Positions 15,039-24,386 of a stretch of DNA of 47,586 bases are shown here, piece by piece. Location: NCBI GenBank assembly GCA_964440965.1, contig CAYYKQ010000002.1, positions 1-47,586 of the forward strand, written 5' to 3'. Numbering within the stretch: the first letter of the stretch is position 1; each line of letters begins with the position of its first letter. A program made the translations under genes and the position numbers. The DNA comes from an uncultured Anaerolineae bacterium (lineage in GTDB: Bacteria; Chloroflexota; Anaerolineae; CAYYKQ01). The notes below the pieces were generated by a model. The model was given only the letters and a program-made list of their open reading frames with translations. It did not search any database and was not told the origin of the DNA.

Positions 15039-18000
15039 GGCTTTGATTTTGAGTGTTGTTTTCCTTATTGTATCCTTTTCAATCGTAGGACATGTACACT
15101 TGAGTGATAATTTACAAAGCCAATGCAGTAGGCCGGTAGGGGAGATATATGGCTCTCACACGGTGGGGCAGACCTTCGTTTCCCACCAGGCGCGCCTGAG
15201 CAGGGTGGACGTGCTCCTGGCCACCTACGCTAGGAAGAATACCCAACCCCTCATCTTCCATCTGAAGTCGAGCCCCTCCAGCCCTGACGATATAGTCACT
15301 ATTACTGTGGATGCAATAGCGATCAAGGACAACGCCTATCACCGGTTCAGCTTCTCGCCCCTTCTTGACTCAAAGGGTAAATCCTATTACTTCTTCCTCG
15401 AGTCTCCGCAGTCAGAGCCCGGCAATGCCATCACCGTCTGGCACAGCCCCTATGATGCTTATGCGGAGGGGAGGCTCTACATAGATGGCCAGCCGCGGGA
15501 AGGCGATCTGGCCTTCAGGACTTATTATGATTACACCCTGGAGGCGATGGCGCGGGACGTGTGGAACGGCACTATGCATAGCATTCCGCTTATCCTCCTC
15601 ACTATAGCGCTTTTTCTACTTCCAGGCTATGTCCTCTTTATCCTTTTCTTGTCCAAATCCGAATTCGACGTCATTCAACGCCTTATCATCTCAACGTGTT
15701 TGAGCATCGTTTTTTACCCTCTACTCCTCCTCGCCTGCACCCTGGTCAAGTTTAAAATGGATGCTTTTAGAGCCGCAGCGATGTTGGCGATTCTCGGAGG
15801 GATAGTCCTATGGAGTTTAGTTAAAGAGAAGAGGGGTCAGCCGATTAAAGCCCCTTTCAAATCCTTAGCGATAAACCCCATCTATTTTCTATTGCTCTTC
15901 ATTTTCGCTCTATCCCTCGGGGTGCGCTTGTTCATCGTCCGCGATTTGCCCGCTCCCATGTGGACGGATTCCTACCATCATACCCTGATCTCACAGCTGA
16001 TCATCGAGCGGGGTTATATCCCGGACTCATATGAGCCTTACGCTCATCTCCCCTCTTTCACTTACCATTTTGGCTTTCATACCTTGGTGGCTTTCTTCCA
16101 TTGGCTAACGGGCATTGATATCGTGCGCTCAGTCATACTCGTAGGGCAGATCGTAAACGCCCTATCACCGCTCACCGCCTATCTCCTGGCAGTTAAGCTG
16201 CTCAGGAGCTCCGGGGCAGGTTTGTTCAGCGCCTTGATCGTTGGTTTGCTTTCCAATATGCCCGCTTATTATGTGAATTGGGGCCGGTATACCCAATTGA
16301 CAGGGCAACTCATACTGCCGACCGCTTTAATCATCACGTTAAGGGGCCTTGAAAATGAGGAGAGGAGCCTCAAATACCTGATCATAGCAGCGGTGTCCTT
16401 GGCTGGGCTTTTCCTTACCCATTACCGAGTCGTCGCATTCTATTTGTGCTTCATGGTAGTCTATTTCCTCTATCAAGGGCTAACCAGCGGAAGGGGGAAG
16501 CTCATTGAATTAGTCCTCAGGATGCTTCTGATCTCCCTCTTGGCAGTTCTGCTTACTCTCCCCTGGTTATGGAATGTGGTGTCCAACTTCGTCCCCAAGC
16601 AACTCCAAGCCTACCACAGCCTGGCAAACGGCAACGATATCTTTTCGGATCCTCTCATCCGCCAATATTTCAGCTTCCCAACGAGGCTGGTTCTGCTCAG
16701 CTTCAACAGCTATCTCATCGCCCTCTCCTTACTCGGCTGCATCTGGGGGATAATCGAACGGGAAGAACCCATCATTCTGATAGTGCTCTGGCTGATCGCT
16801 CTCTTCGTAATGGCCAATCTCTATCTGTTAAAATTGCCCTTTTCGGGCTTGGTGAACAATGGGGCGGTGATCGTAGGCCTCTATCTGCCGGGCTCGATAC
16901 TGGGCGGGTATTTTCTGGATCGCTTAACTAAGGAGGTTTTGGCTAAAATGCGTCCTCAATGGTTAAGGCTAAGCAAAGTGGCGATCGCTTTGGCGATGAT
17001 ATCAGCAGCCCTGCTGGGTGCCAGGAGGATGCTGGACATCATAGAGCCCAGTTATGCTCTAATATCGAAATCGGATATGCAAGCCATGGATTGGATCCGA
17101 AGGAATGTCCCTAAAGAGGCCAAATTCCTCAGCGATTCGTCCTTTTGGCTCCCTAACGCCATCATCGGCTCTGATGCTGGCTTGTGGATACCTTTACTGA
17201 CAGGGCGAGAGACCATCGTTCCGCCGATGACATATGTCAATGAGGGAACGCTGGAGTACGTTAAGGCGATTAATGCCTTAGCCAAGGATATCTCAGCCTC
17301 AGCGGATGCCGAGAAGATCCTGCCACTTCTAAAGCGCTATGGCGTAACCCACATCTACATCGGAAAACGAAGTTGGAAGCTCAGACCCCAGGAATTTATC
17401 GATCACCCAAGCTATCGGCTGGTTTATCATCGAGACGGGGTATGGATCTTTCAGGTCGATTATGAAAAAGCTGCGATAACACATATAGAGGCAGGTAGGC
17501 AAGAGGTCAAGGAATACGATGACCCAGTTACCAAAGTAAGCGGCACCACGGTGCTCCCTGGGGCCAACACGATGGCGGCACAGCCATCTCGCTCCTGCAC
17601 ATACACAGCTTTTCTTCCCCTGATCATAAAGCACGGTCCGCCACAAGCTAAATTAGGTGTGGATTTCGGAGCCCTGATAACGGACACCGATGTGCTCGAT
17701 AATGATCTCCCTCTGGTCAAAGAGATGGGAGCACAGTGGGTGCGAGTCTTCCTCCCTTGGCTTGAGATAGAGAAGGCCCCTGGGGAATACAGCTGGGACA
17801 CGTACGATGCAGTGTTCGACTCCTTAAAGGAGTTAGGATTTAACAGCATAGTGGTGGTTTACGGAGCTCCCGATTGGGCAGCCGAGCAGAACTGCGGCCC
17901 TATCTCGGACACGGTTGCTTTGGAGAATTTCCTCGATGCCCTTATCCCTCGGTATGCTGAGGCAGTAAATGCTTGGGAGTTCATCAACGAGCCAGATGGA

Positions 18001-18828
18001 AGGGTGCCTCACGAATATGGGCCAGTGATAGGATGTTGGGGCCTCCATCCCACTGAATACGCCCAGCAGTTGGGTATCTTTTACTCCAAAGTTAGAGATC
18101 TGGATCCCGATGCTCTGATCTTCTTCGGCGGATTAGCCTACGATAACTGGGCACACTTTGAAAGGGGCTTTTTCGAAGAGGCACTGCAGAACGGGGCAGG
18201 GCGGTATTTCGACGGTGTCAGCCTCCATTACTACCCTATAAATCCCGAGGAATTCCCTACCATGGCCCACAAAGTGAATGAGATCCGCGATACGATGTCC
18301 AATAATGGAGTTCACAACAAGAGGATATGGGTAACGGAGACGGGTATGTGGGTTAACCTAAATGGGAGTGTAGAGCTCCAGCGCGATTTTATCGTTCGGG
18401 AATTCGCCCGTGGCTTCGGCGCCGGGGTGGATAACATCTTCTGGTTCGATCCGAGGGAGCATCCCACCTCAGAGGGTGCAGTGCATCGCTGGCTGATCAG
18501 CATCAACCATGAACCTATCAATGGCTATAGTACCTTCCAGCACCTTGCAAGAGAGCTTGAAGGGATGCACTGCGTTGGGCCCTATAGGGGCGTTCCTGAG
18601 GACGTTGAGGCTTATAAATTCATCGGCTCAGAACGCTCGCTTTACATTTTATGGTCCAATGCGATAACTGAGACAGTGAGAATCCCTTCTACAACCGATG
18701 CCACTCTTATAAGCCGGGATGGAGATAAATCGACCGTTATCCCAGCCCAGATGGGGATGGTCGAGTTTGAGGTGGGAGAGAAGCCCGTATTCCTCGAGAT
18801 ATCCGAGTCAGACCAGGCCGGACAGTGA
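15025..18828 (+). CDS. 1267-aa fusion: N-terminal extracytoplasmic beta domain + GT-C-like polytopic membrane domain + extracytoplasmic linker + clan GH-A (TIM-barrel) glycoside hydrolase
   Basis: Multi-TM core spans aa ~185-640. Internal FLPLIIKH motif at 17611..17634. C-terminal hydrolase with acid/base NAWEFINEPDG (Glu codon 17989..17991) and nucleophile RIWVTETGM (Glu codon 18337..18339), 116 aa apart as in clan GH-A enzymes. Confidence 0.75.
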   Translation: MKKIKALILSVVFLIVSFSIVGHVHLSDNLQSQCSRPVGEIYGSHTVGQTFVSHQARLSRVDVLLATYARKNTQPLIFHLKSSPSSPDDIVTITVDAIAIKDNAYHRFSFSPLLDSKGKSYYFFLESPQSEPGNAITVWHSPYDAYAEGRLYIDGQPREGDLAFRTYYDYTLEAMARDVWNGTMHSIPLILLTIALFLLPGYVLFILFLSKSEFDVIQRLIISTCLSIVFYPLLLLACTLVKFKMDAFRAAAMLAILGGIVLWSLVKEKRGQPIKAPFKSLAINPIYFLLLFIFALSLGVRLFIVRDLPAPMWTDSYHHTLISQLIIERGYIPDSYEPYAHLPSFTYHFGFHTLVAFFHWLTGIDIVRSVILVGQIVNALSPLTAYLLAVKLLRSSGAGLFSALIVGLLSNMPAYYVNWGRYTQLTGQLILPTALIITLRGLENEERSLKYLIIAAVSLAGLFLTHYRVVAFYLCFMVVYFLYQGLTSGRGKLIELVLRMLLISLLAVLLTLPWLWNVVSNFVPKQLQAYHSLANGNDIFSDPLIRQYFSFPTRLVLLSFNSYLIALSLLGCIWGIIEREEPIILIVLWLIALFVMANLYLLKLPFSGLVNNGAVIVGLYLPGSILGGYFLDRLTKEVLAKMRPQWLRLSKVAIALAMISAALLGARRMLDIIEPSYALISKSDMQAMDWIRRNVPKEAKFLSDSSFWLPNAIIGSDAGLWIPLLTGRETIVPPMTYVNEGTLEYVKAINALAKDISASADAEKILPLLKRYGVTHIYIGKRSWKLRPQEFIDHPSYRLVYHRDGVWIFQVDYEKAAITHIEAGRQEVKEYDDPVTKVSGTTVLPGANTMAAQPSRSCTYTAFLPLIIKHGPPQAKLGVDFGALITDTDVLDNDLPLVKEMGAQWVRVFLPWLEIEKAPGEYSWDTYDAVFDSLKELGFNSIVVVYGAPDWAAEQNCGPISDTVALENFLDALIPRYAEAVNAWEFINEPDGRVPHEYGPVIGCWGLHPTEYAQQLGIFYSKVRDLDPDALIFFGGLAYDNWAHFERGFFEEALQNGAGRYFDGVSLHYYPINPEEFPTMAHKVNEIRDTMSNNGVHNKRIWVTETGMWVNLNGSVELQRDFIVREFARGFGAGVDNIFWFDPREHPTSEGAVHRWLISINHEPINGYSTFQHLARELEGMHCVGPYRGVPEDVEAYKFIGSERSLYILWSNAITETVRIPSTTDATLISRDGDKSTVIPAQMGMVEFEVGEKPVFLEISESDQAGQ

Positions 18829-18847
18829 TGAAGAGTTTGAGGTGGAA

Positions 18848-19705
18848 ATGATCAGCATCGTTATCCCTATGTACAACGAGGAGGCCGCCATCGGCGATGA
18901 CTTAGACACTATCATCGAGACCATGGAGGCCAGCGATTGGGATTATGAGATCATTGTAGTCGACGATGGCTCCACCGACAGGAGCGCTGATATCGTGCGG
19001 CAAAGGCCGCAAGTCAGGCTCATTCAGCATCCCTACAATCGAGGGGTAGGGGCGGCTCGCACTACGGGGGTGAGAGCAGCGCGGGGAGAGGTCATCGTCA
19101 TGACTGACGGTGACGGGAGTTATCCCAACCACGAGATTCCCCGCCTCCTGGCCTACATCGGCAAATACGACATGGTCGTTGGGGCTAGGAAGCGCGAGAC
19201 GGGCAGTCTTAAGTGGTTACGGGCATTGGTTAAACTATCCGTCCGCCTTTTAGCCTCGTATCTAACGGGGGTGAAGATCCCTGACCTGAACTCCGGTTTC
19301 CGAGCTTTCAAGAAGGAGATCGCCGAGAAGTTCCTGCCCATTTTGCCCTCCACCCACTCCTGGGTGGGCACTATCACTATCGCCTTCCTGAGCGATGGAT
19401 ACATGGTCAAGTACATCCCCATTGACTATTACAAAAGAAAGGGCAAATCTTCCATCCACCCTATCCGCGATGCCTGGAATTACTTCCTCCTGGTGGTGCG
19501 GACGATAATGTATTTCAATCCCCTCAAGGTTTTCCTGCCGGTAGCCCTGACTCTTATCGTGGTGGGAGCAATCAAGCTGCTTCGGGACATTATTTACTAT
19601 CGCGGCCTCTACGTCCCTGGGATCACACTGATGCTGATACTGACGGCGATCCAGGTGGGGGCGATAGGCTTATTGGCGGATCTGATCGTTAAGAGGACCC
19701 GATGA
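18848..19705 (+). CDS. polyprenyl-phosphate glycosyltransferase (GT2, DPM1/GtrB-like) with C-terminal TM helices
   Basis: MISIVIPMYNEEAAIG...IIVVDDGSTDRS...GVGAARTTG...MTDGDGSYP, plus two C-terminal helices. Start refined to ATG 18848 (SD GAGGTGG upstream). The track start 18719 would overlap the preceding gene by 110 nt. Confidence 0.8.
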   Translation: MISIVIPMYNEEAAIGDDLDTIIETMEASDWDYEIIVVDDGSTDRSADIVRQRPQVRLIQHPYNRGVGAARTTGVRAARGEVIVMTDGDGSYPNHEIPRLLAYIGKYDMVVGARKRETGSLKWLRALVKLSVRLLASYLTGVKIPDLNSGFRAFKKEIAEKFLPILPSTHSWVGTITIAFLSDGYMVKYIPIDYYKRKGKSSIHPIRDAWNYFLLVVRTIMYFNPLKVFLPVALTLIVVGAIKLLRDIIYYRGLYVPGITLMLILTAIQVGAIGLLADLIVKRTR

Positions 19706-20820
19706 GATACGTTTTGATAGGACCAACTTATCCTTATCGAGGTGGCATCTCCCACTACACCACTTTGCTTTATCAGCACCTGAGTGCTGCCCATGAGGTG
19801 AAGTTGTACTCTTTTAAGAGGCAATACCCTGCTCTGCTGTTTCCCGGCAGGACGGATAAAGATCCTAGCTGCTTCCCTCTGTGGGCCGACTGTGAGTACC
19901 TTCTCGATCCCTCGAACCCCTTAACATGGCTGGAGACCTTTCGTAGGATAAGGGATGATCGGCCGGATGCTTTGATCCTCCAGTGGTGGGTGCCGTACTG
20001 GGCCTTAATGTTCGCCACCATCGCGTTTTTGGTGCGGAGGTTTACGCCCACCAAAGTCTTGTTCATCTGCCACAATGTCCTGCCCCACGAGGGAAGCGCC
20101 ATTGATAGGCTCTCGGCTAAAATGACCTTGGGACAGGGACATTGCTTCATCGTTCAGTCTCAAAAGGATCAGGTGGATTTAAAGGAGCTGTTGCCCAATG
20201 CCGAAGTCCGGAAGACGGCGCTCCCTCTCTACGATGCCTTTCAATCAAAGGCTATGGAGGGTGTCTTGGCGAAGAGAAGCCTGGGGCTCGATGGTCCCGT
20301 GATTCTGTTCTTTGGCTTCGTTCGCAAGTACAAAGGCCTGGAGTATCTGATTCGGGCAATGCCGGAGGTGTTGCGGAGCGTTCAGGTAAATCTCCTAATC
20401 GTCGGCGAGTTTTGGGAGGACAAAGAACCGTATCTTAAGACGATAGAGGAGTTAGGATTACAGGGGAACATAGAAATCGTTGACCGCTATGTTCCAAACG
20501 AGGAGGTTGGCTTGTACTTCTCTGCGGCGGATGTGGTGGTATTGCCCTACATTGATGCCACCCAGAGCGCCATCGTTTCTTTGGCCTATGCTTTCGACAA
20601 GCCGGTGATTACCACCGCCGTAGGGGGGCTTCCCGAAGTAGTGAGCGACGGAGAGACAGGGTTCATCGTACCTCCCAAGGACAGTGAGGCCCTCGCAGCA
20701 GCGATTGTGAGATATTTCAGAGAAGATTGCGCTTCCCGATTTGCTGCCAACGTTAAGGTTCAGAAAAATGCCTTGTCCTGGGAAGCGCTAGTGCGTCTCA
20801 TTGAAGATTTCTCCTATTGA
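19702..20820 (+). CDS. GT4-family glycosyltransferase
   Basis: 372 aa. FGFVRKYKGLEYLIRA, TAVGGLPEVVSDGETGFIVPPKD. ATGA overlap with the upstream gene. Confidence 0.85.
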   Translation: MRYVLIGPTYPYRGGISHYTTLLYQHLSAAHEVKLYSFKRQYPALLFPGRTDKDPSCFPLWADCEYLLDPSNPLTWLETFRRIRDDRPDALILQWWVPYWALMFATIAFLVRRFTPTKVLFICHNVLPHEGSAIDRLSAKMTLGQGHCFIVQSQKDQVDLKELLPNAEVRKTALPLYDAFQSKAMEGVLAKRSLGLDGPVILFFGFVRKYKGLEYLIRAMPEVLRSVQVNLLIVGEFWEDKEPYLKTIEELGLQGNIEIVDRYVPNEEVGLYFSAADVVVLPYIDATQSAIVSLAYAFDKPVITTAVGGLPEVVSDGETGFIVPPKDSEALAAAIVRYFREDCASRFAANVKVQKNALSWEALVRLIEDFSY

Positions 20821-20844
20821 TTTAAGCTTTGGATTCTGAGCTTT

Positions 20845-22044
20845 ATGAGGATCACCTTTCTCCTTACCCAGAGCTTAGAAGACCCTTCGGGGCTGGGGCG
20901 TTACTTCCCCTTGACCAAGGAGTTGGCCAGATTGGGCAACGAGGTGAACATTTTAGCCTTACACCCTAACCTCAATGGCCTCTCTCAGCGGCGATTACAG
21001 GTGAGTGGAGTCAAGGTGCATTATGTGGGTCAAATGCATGTGCGAAAGGTGGGTAGCCAAAAGACCTATTTCAGCACCCCCGGCCTGGTGAGGGTGGCTC
21101 TGGCTTCCAGTCTGCGGATGGGCATCAGGACCTTGCTGACCGATACCGACGTCATACATTTGGGGAAGCCGCATCCCATCAATGGCGTGGCGGCCTTAGT
21201 GGGGGCAAAGCTATTTCGCCACAGGCCCCTCTACCTTGATTGTGACGATTACGAGGCGGAGTCAAACCATTTCTCCGCTGATTGGCAAGAGAGGGCTTTC
21301 GCCCTATTCGAGGACAACCTGCCAAAGTTCACTAAGGGGCTGACGGTTAACACCCGTTTTCTCGCCGAGAGAAATGCAGCCCTTGGCTACCCAAAGGAGC
21401 GCATCGTCTACGTGCCCAACGGCATCGACCGGGATCGCTTCGACAATGTGGATCCACAAGGGGTTCAGAAGTTGAGAGACGGCTTGGGTTTGGAGGGCAA
21501 GCGGGTCGTCCTCTACGTCGGCAGCCTGAGCCTGGCCAATCACCCGGTGGGGTTATTACTCGATGCCTTCGCCATTGTGAGCCGAAGGCTCAAAGAGGCG
21601 GTCTTGGTGTTGGTTGGCGGAGGCGAGGATTATGATTTGATATGCTGTCGTGTAAGGGAAATGGGATTAGGGGATAAGGTCATTGTGGTGGGGAGAGTTA
21701 AGCCGCACTTTGTGCCCTATTATCTCAAGCTCGGCGACGTCTCCGTTGATCCGGTCTATGACGACGTGGTAGCGCGGGCGAGGTCACCGCTCAAGCTTTT
21801 CGAGAGCATGGCCATGGGCGTGCCGGTAGTGACGAGTGACGTGGGGGATCGGGGCGAGATCCTGGGTCGAGCTGGCCTCTTGGTCGCGCCGGGAGACGCA
21901 GAGGCACTGGCGGAGGGCATAATGGCCGTGCTCCAAGACGAGGATCGAGCCAAGGCGATGGCCGAGGCGGCGTTGGAGATGCGGGAGCGGTATTACTGGG
22001 ACGTGCTCGTCAAGGATTTCGTGAGAGTATACGACCTCAGATGA
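20845..22044 (+). CDS. GT4-family glycosyltransferase
   Basis: 399 aa. VLYVGSLSLANHPVGLLLDAF, ESMAMGVPVVTSDVGDRGEILG...LVAPGD. Confidence 0.85.
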   Translation: MRITFLLTQSLEDPSGLGRYFPLTKELARLGNEVNILALHPNLNGLSQRRLQVSGVKVHYVGQMHVRKVGSQKTYFSTPGLVRVALASSLRMGIRTLLTDTDVIHLGKPHPINGVAALVGAKLFRHRPLYLDCDDYEAESNHFSADWQERAFALFEDNLPKFTKGLTVNTRFLAERNAALGYPKERIVYVPNGIDRDRFDNVDPQGVQKLRDGLGLEGKRVVLYVGSLSLANHPVGLLLDAFAIVSRRLKEAVLVLVGGGEDYDLICCRVREMGLGDKVIVVGRVKPHFVPYYLKLGDVSVDPVYDDVVARARSPLKLFESMAMGVPVVTSDVGDRGEILGRAGLLVAPGDAEALAEGIMAVLQDEDRAKAMAEAALEMRERYYWDVLVKDFVRVYDLR

Positions 22045-22110
22045 AAAGCGGCTTCAATCTATTCGTTTCTTGGGAGCTCAGAGCATCATCTGTCAGGGCT
22101 TACAGCGATA

Positions 22111-24381
22111 ATGAAAGCTTCCTTGTGGAATTACTTGGAAGCCAGGTTGTTTAAGGGGGTGTCCGACGTGAAAGTGGGTATCCTTGGAGCCGGTCCCGCC
22201 GGATTATTCGCCGCATGGTTGCTGCACCAGCGCAGTGTAGATATCACCGTCTTTGAGGCGTGTCCCTATGTTGGTGGCATCTCGCGCAGCTTCCGCTGGC
22301 ATGGCTTCACCTGCGACCTCGGCGCGCATCGCTTATTTACCCAGGATGAATCTGTGTTGCGTTACCTGCTTTCGCTCGTGCCCATGGGCCGCCATATCCG
22401 CCGCAGCCGGCTTTACTTGGCAGGTAAATGGATCCACGACCCCGTCAATGTCGTTGAACTTCTCTACCGCTACTTCCCTGTCACAGCGATGCATATAATT
22501 CTAAGTTATCTTTTTCGCCCGCGCCATGTTACAGAGGATTCCTTTGAGAGTCTCGTGCGCCACAAGTATGGTGCTGCTCTTAACCAATTCTTCTTCCGCC
22601 CCTACACCGAGAAGATGTTTGGCCTACCTGCCGACCAAATCTCTGCAGACTGGGCCCGCCGCAAGGTCCGCATCTTAGGCCCCTTTGAGTTTCTACGCGA
22701 AAGCTCCAAGAAGCACTTCAGCTATTTCTATTACCCTATACGCGGAGGATATGGTGCTATCGTTGAGCGTCTCTACCGCGACATTCGCGATCATGTGCGG
22801 TTGAACACCCCTGTCTGTGCTCTGGAGCTCGGCAAAGACCGCATAGAGGCAGTTGTCTATGAACAGGAGGGCAAGCGCCGACGTGAGACCTTTGACCAAA
22901 TCATTTCCACACTCCCGCTAACTATCCTGGGTCGGTTGCTTGGTCATGACTTCTCGTTGGCTTACCAAGGTGTGAATTTCGTCTATCTGCTTGTGAACCG
23001 TCCGCTGGTCTCTGATAACCACTGGATCTACTTTATAGACAGGGACTTTGCCATCAACCGACTGGTTGAATTCAAGAATCTCAGTGCTGTCGATCAGCCG
23101 CTTAATCAGACTGTCCTGTGTGCCGAGGTTACCAGCAAACATGCAAATGTCGTACAACGGGTCATCGATGACGTGGTGCGATGTGGCTTAGTGCGGCCTG
23201 ACGAGATCCTTGATACGATGGTGCTGCATGAGGAGTATGGTTATGCCGTTTACGACCTTACTTACGCCGATCGCTTGGCTTGCGCCAAAGAGACATTGGC
23301 CCGCTTCAACAACCTACATCTGCTGGGACGGTCAGCCGAGTTCCAGCATTCGGAGTTGGATGACATTTATGCTAATGCAGTTGCTCTAACCGCAAGGCTG
23401 ACTCCACCCCCGTCATTTAGCTTTATAGGAGAAATGCCCATGAGAGAATCATCAGAAACGCCTGCTGTCTACGCCGTTATCCTTACCTTCAACCACTATG
23501 AGGACACCCGCGAATGCCTAGAGTCGCTTCAGAAGACCGACTACGAGAACTTGACCATTGTTGTTGTGGATAATGGCTCATCCGACGGCACACCGGATAA
23601 TCTCCGCACCGATTTCCCCGATGTGAAAGTTATCGAGACTGGACGCAATTTAGGTGTACCGTGGGGTTACAACATTGGCTTCAGTTATGCCTTGCGCGCG
23701 GGTGCTGAGTATATCCTAATGCTCAATAACGATACCGTTGTTGATCCACAGATGCTGCGCTGTCTAGTGGATGCGGCCCAAGCCGATCCCAATGCTGGCA
23801 TTCTGATGCCTAAGATTCTCTATTATGATAACCCTGAAGTAATCTGGGCAATCGGTGGTCGTTACCGCGCTTTTCCGCCGGCCCATGTCTCCTTGGGGCG
23901 AGGTTGCCCTAGTGAGGTGTTTAAGAAGCCTTTCTACCTGGAGTACGCACTCAGTTGTGGCTTGCTCATTCATCGTCGTGCTTTTGAAAAAGCGGGTTTG
24001 TTTGACCCTGGTTATTTCTTTTTCTTCGACGATTGGGACTTTTCAGAACGTGTGCGTGCCCACGGCCTGAATATCATCTTTGTGCCGGAAGCGCGTATGT
24101 GGCATAAGGTCTCTAAGAGCACCCGCGAGATCGGCAAGGAAGCGCTATTCTGGAAAGTTTGGGGGGAGAGCAGTACGCGGTTCTACCGGCGTCATGGGAG
24201 ACCGGTTTTCATCTCGCTTCTTATTCACTTGGGCTACTTGATGGCTCGTGAACTGGTTAAGGGGAATGCGCGCATGCTTAAGTACTTCTGGGCAGGCGTA
24301 CGTGAGGGGCTTAACAAGCCGCTCGGCCCCATCCCAACAGTAGATGACATAGTCCTGCCACCTACTCTTACAGAGAGGTAG
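22111..24381 (+). CDS. fusion of an FAD-dependent UDP-galactopyranose-mutase-like flavoprotein (N) with a GT2 glycosyltransferase (C)
   Basis: N: VGILGAGPAGLFAAWLL (GxGxxG), YVGGISRS, DLGAHRLFT, PYTEKMFGLPADQISADWARRKV, YYPIRGGYGAIVERL. C: AVILTFNHYEDTRECLESLQKTDYENLTIVVVDNGSSDGT, LNNDTVV. Confidence 0.7.
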   Translation: MKASLWNYLEARLFKGVSDVKVGILGAGPAGLFAAWLLHQRSVDITVFEACPYVGGISRSFRWHGFTCDLGAHRLFTQDESVLRYLLSLVPMGRHIRRSRLYLAGKWIHDPVNVVELLYRYFPVTAMHIILSYLFRPRHVTEDSFESLVRHKYGAALNQFFFRPYTEKMFGLPADQISADWARRKVRILGPFEFLRESSKKHFSYFYYPIRGGYGAIVERLYRDIRDHVRLNTPVCALELGKDRIEAVVYEQEGKRRRETFDQIISTLPLTILGRLLGHDFSLAYQGVNFVYLLVNRPLVSDNHWIYFIDRDFAINRLVEFKNLSAVDQPLNQTVLCAEVTSKHANVVQRVIDDVVRCGLVRPDEILDTMVLHEEYGYAVYDLTYADRLACAKETLARFNNLHLLGRSAEFQHSELDDIYANAVALTARLTPPPSFSFIGEMPMRESSETPAVYAVILTFNHYEDTRECLESLQKTDYENLTIVVVDNGSSDGTPDNLRTDFPDVKVIETGRNLGVPWGYNIGFSYALRAGAEYILMLNNDTVVDPQMLRCLVDAAQADPNAGILMPKILYYDNPEVIWAIGGRYRAFPPAHVSLGRGCPSEVFKKPFYLEYALSCGLLIHRRAFEKAGLFDPGYFFFFDDWDFSERVRAHGLNIIFVPEARMWHKVSKSTREIGKEALFWKVWGESSTRFYRRHGRPVFISLLIHLGYLMARELVKGNARMLKYFWAGVREGLNKPLGPIPTVDDIVLPPTLTER

Positions 24382-24386
24382 GTAGT

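Noticed and set aside
18719-18847. 43-codon extension of the polyprenyl-phosphate GT2 ORF. Similar extensions occur at 26480..26527, 27834..27938 and 33591..33626.
   Set aside because: Each extension overlaps the previous gene or uses a TTG/GTG start without an SD. The internal ATG has a good SD and yields a canonical N-terminus (MISIVIPMYNEE, signal peptide MKKC..., lipoprotein MRQLSIV..., thiolase [19 protein letters not shown]).
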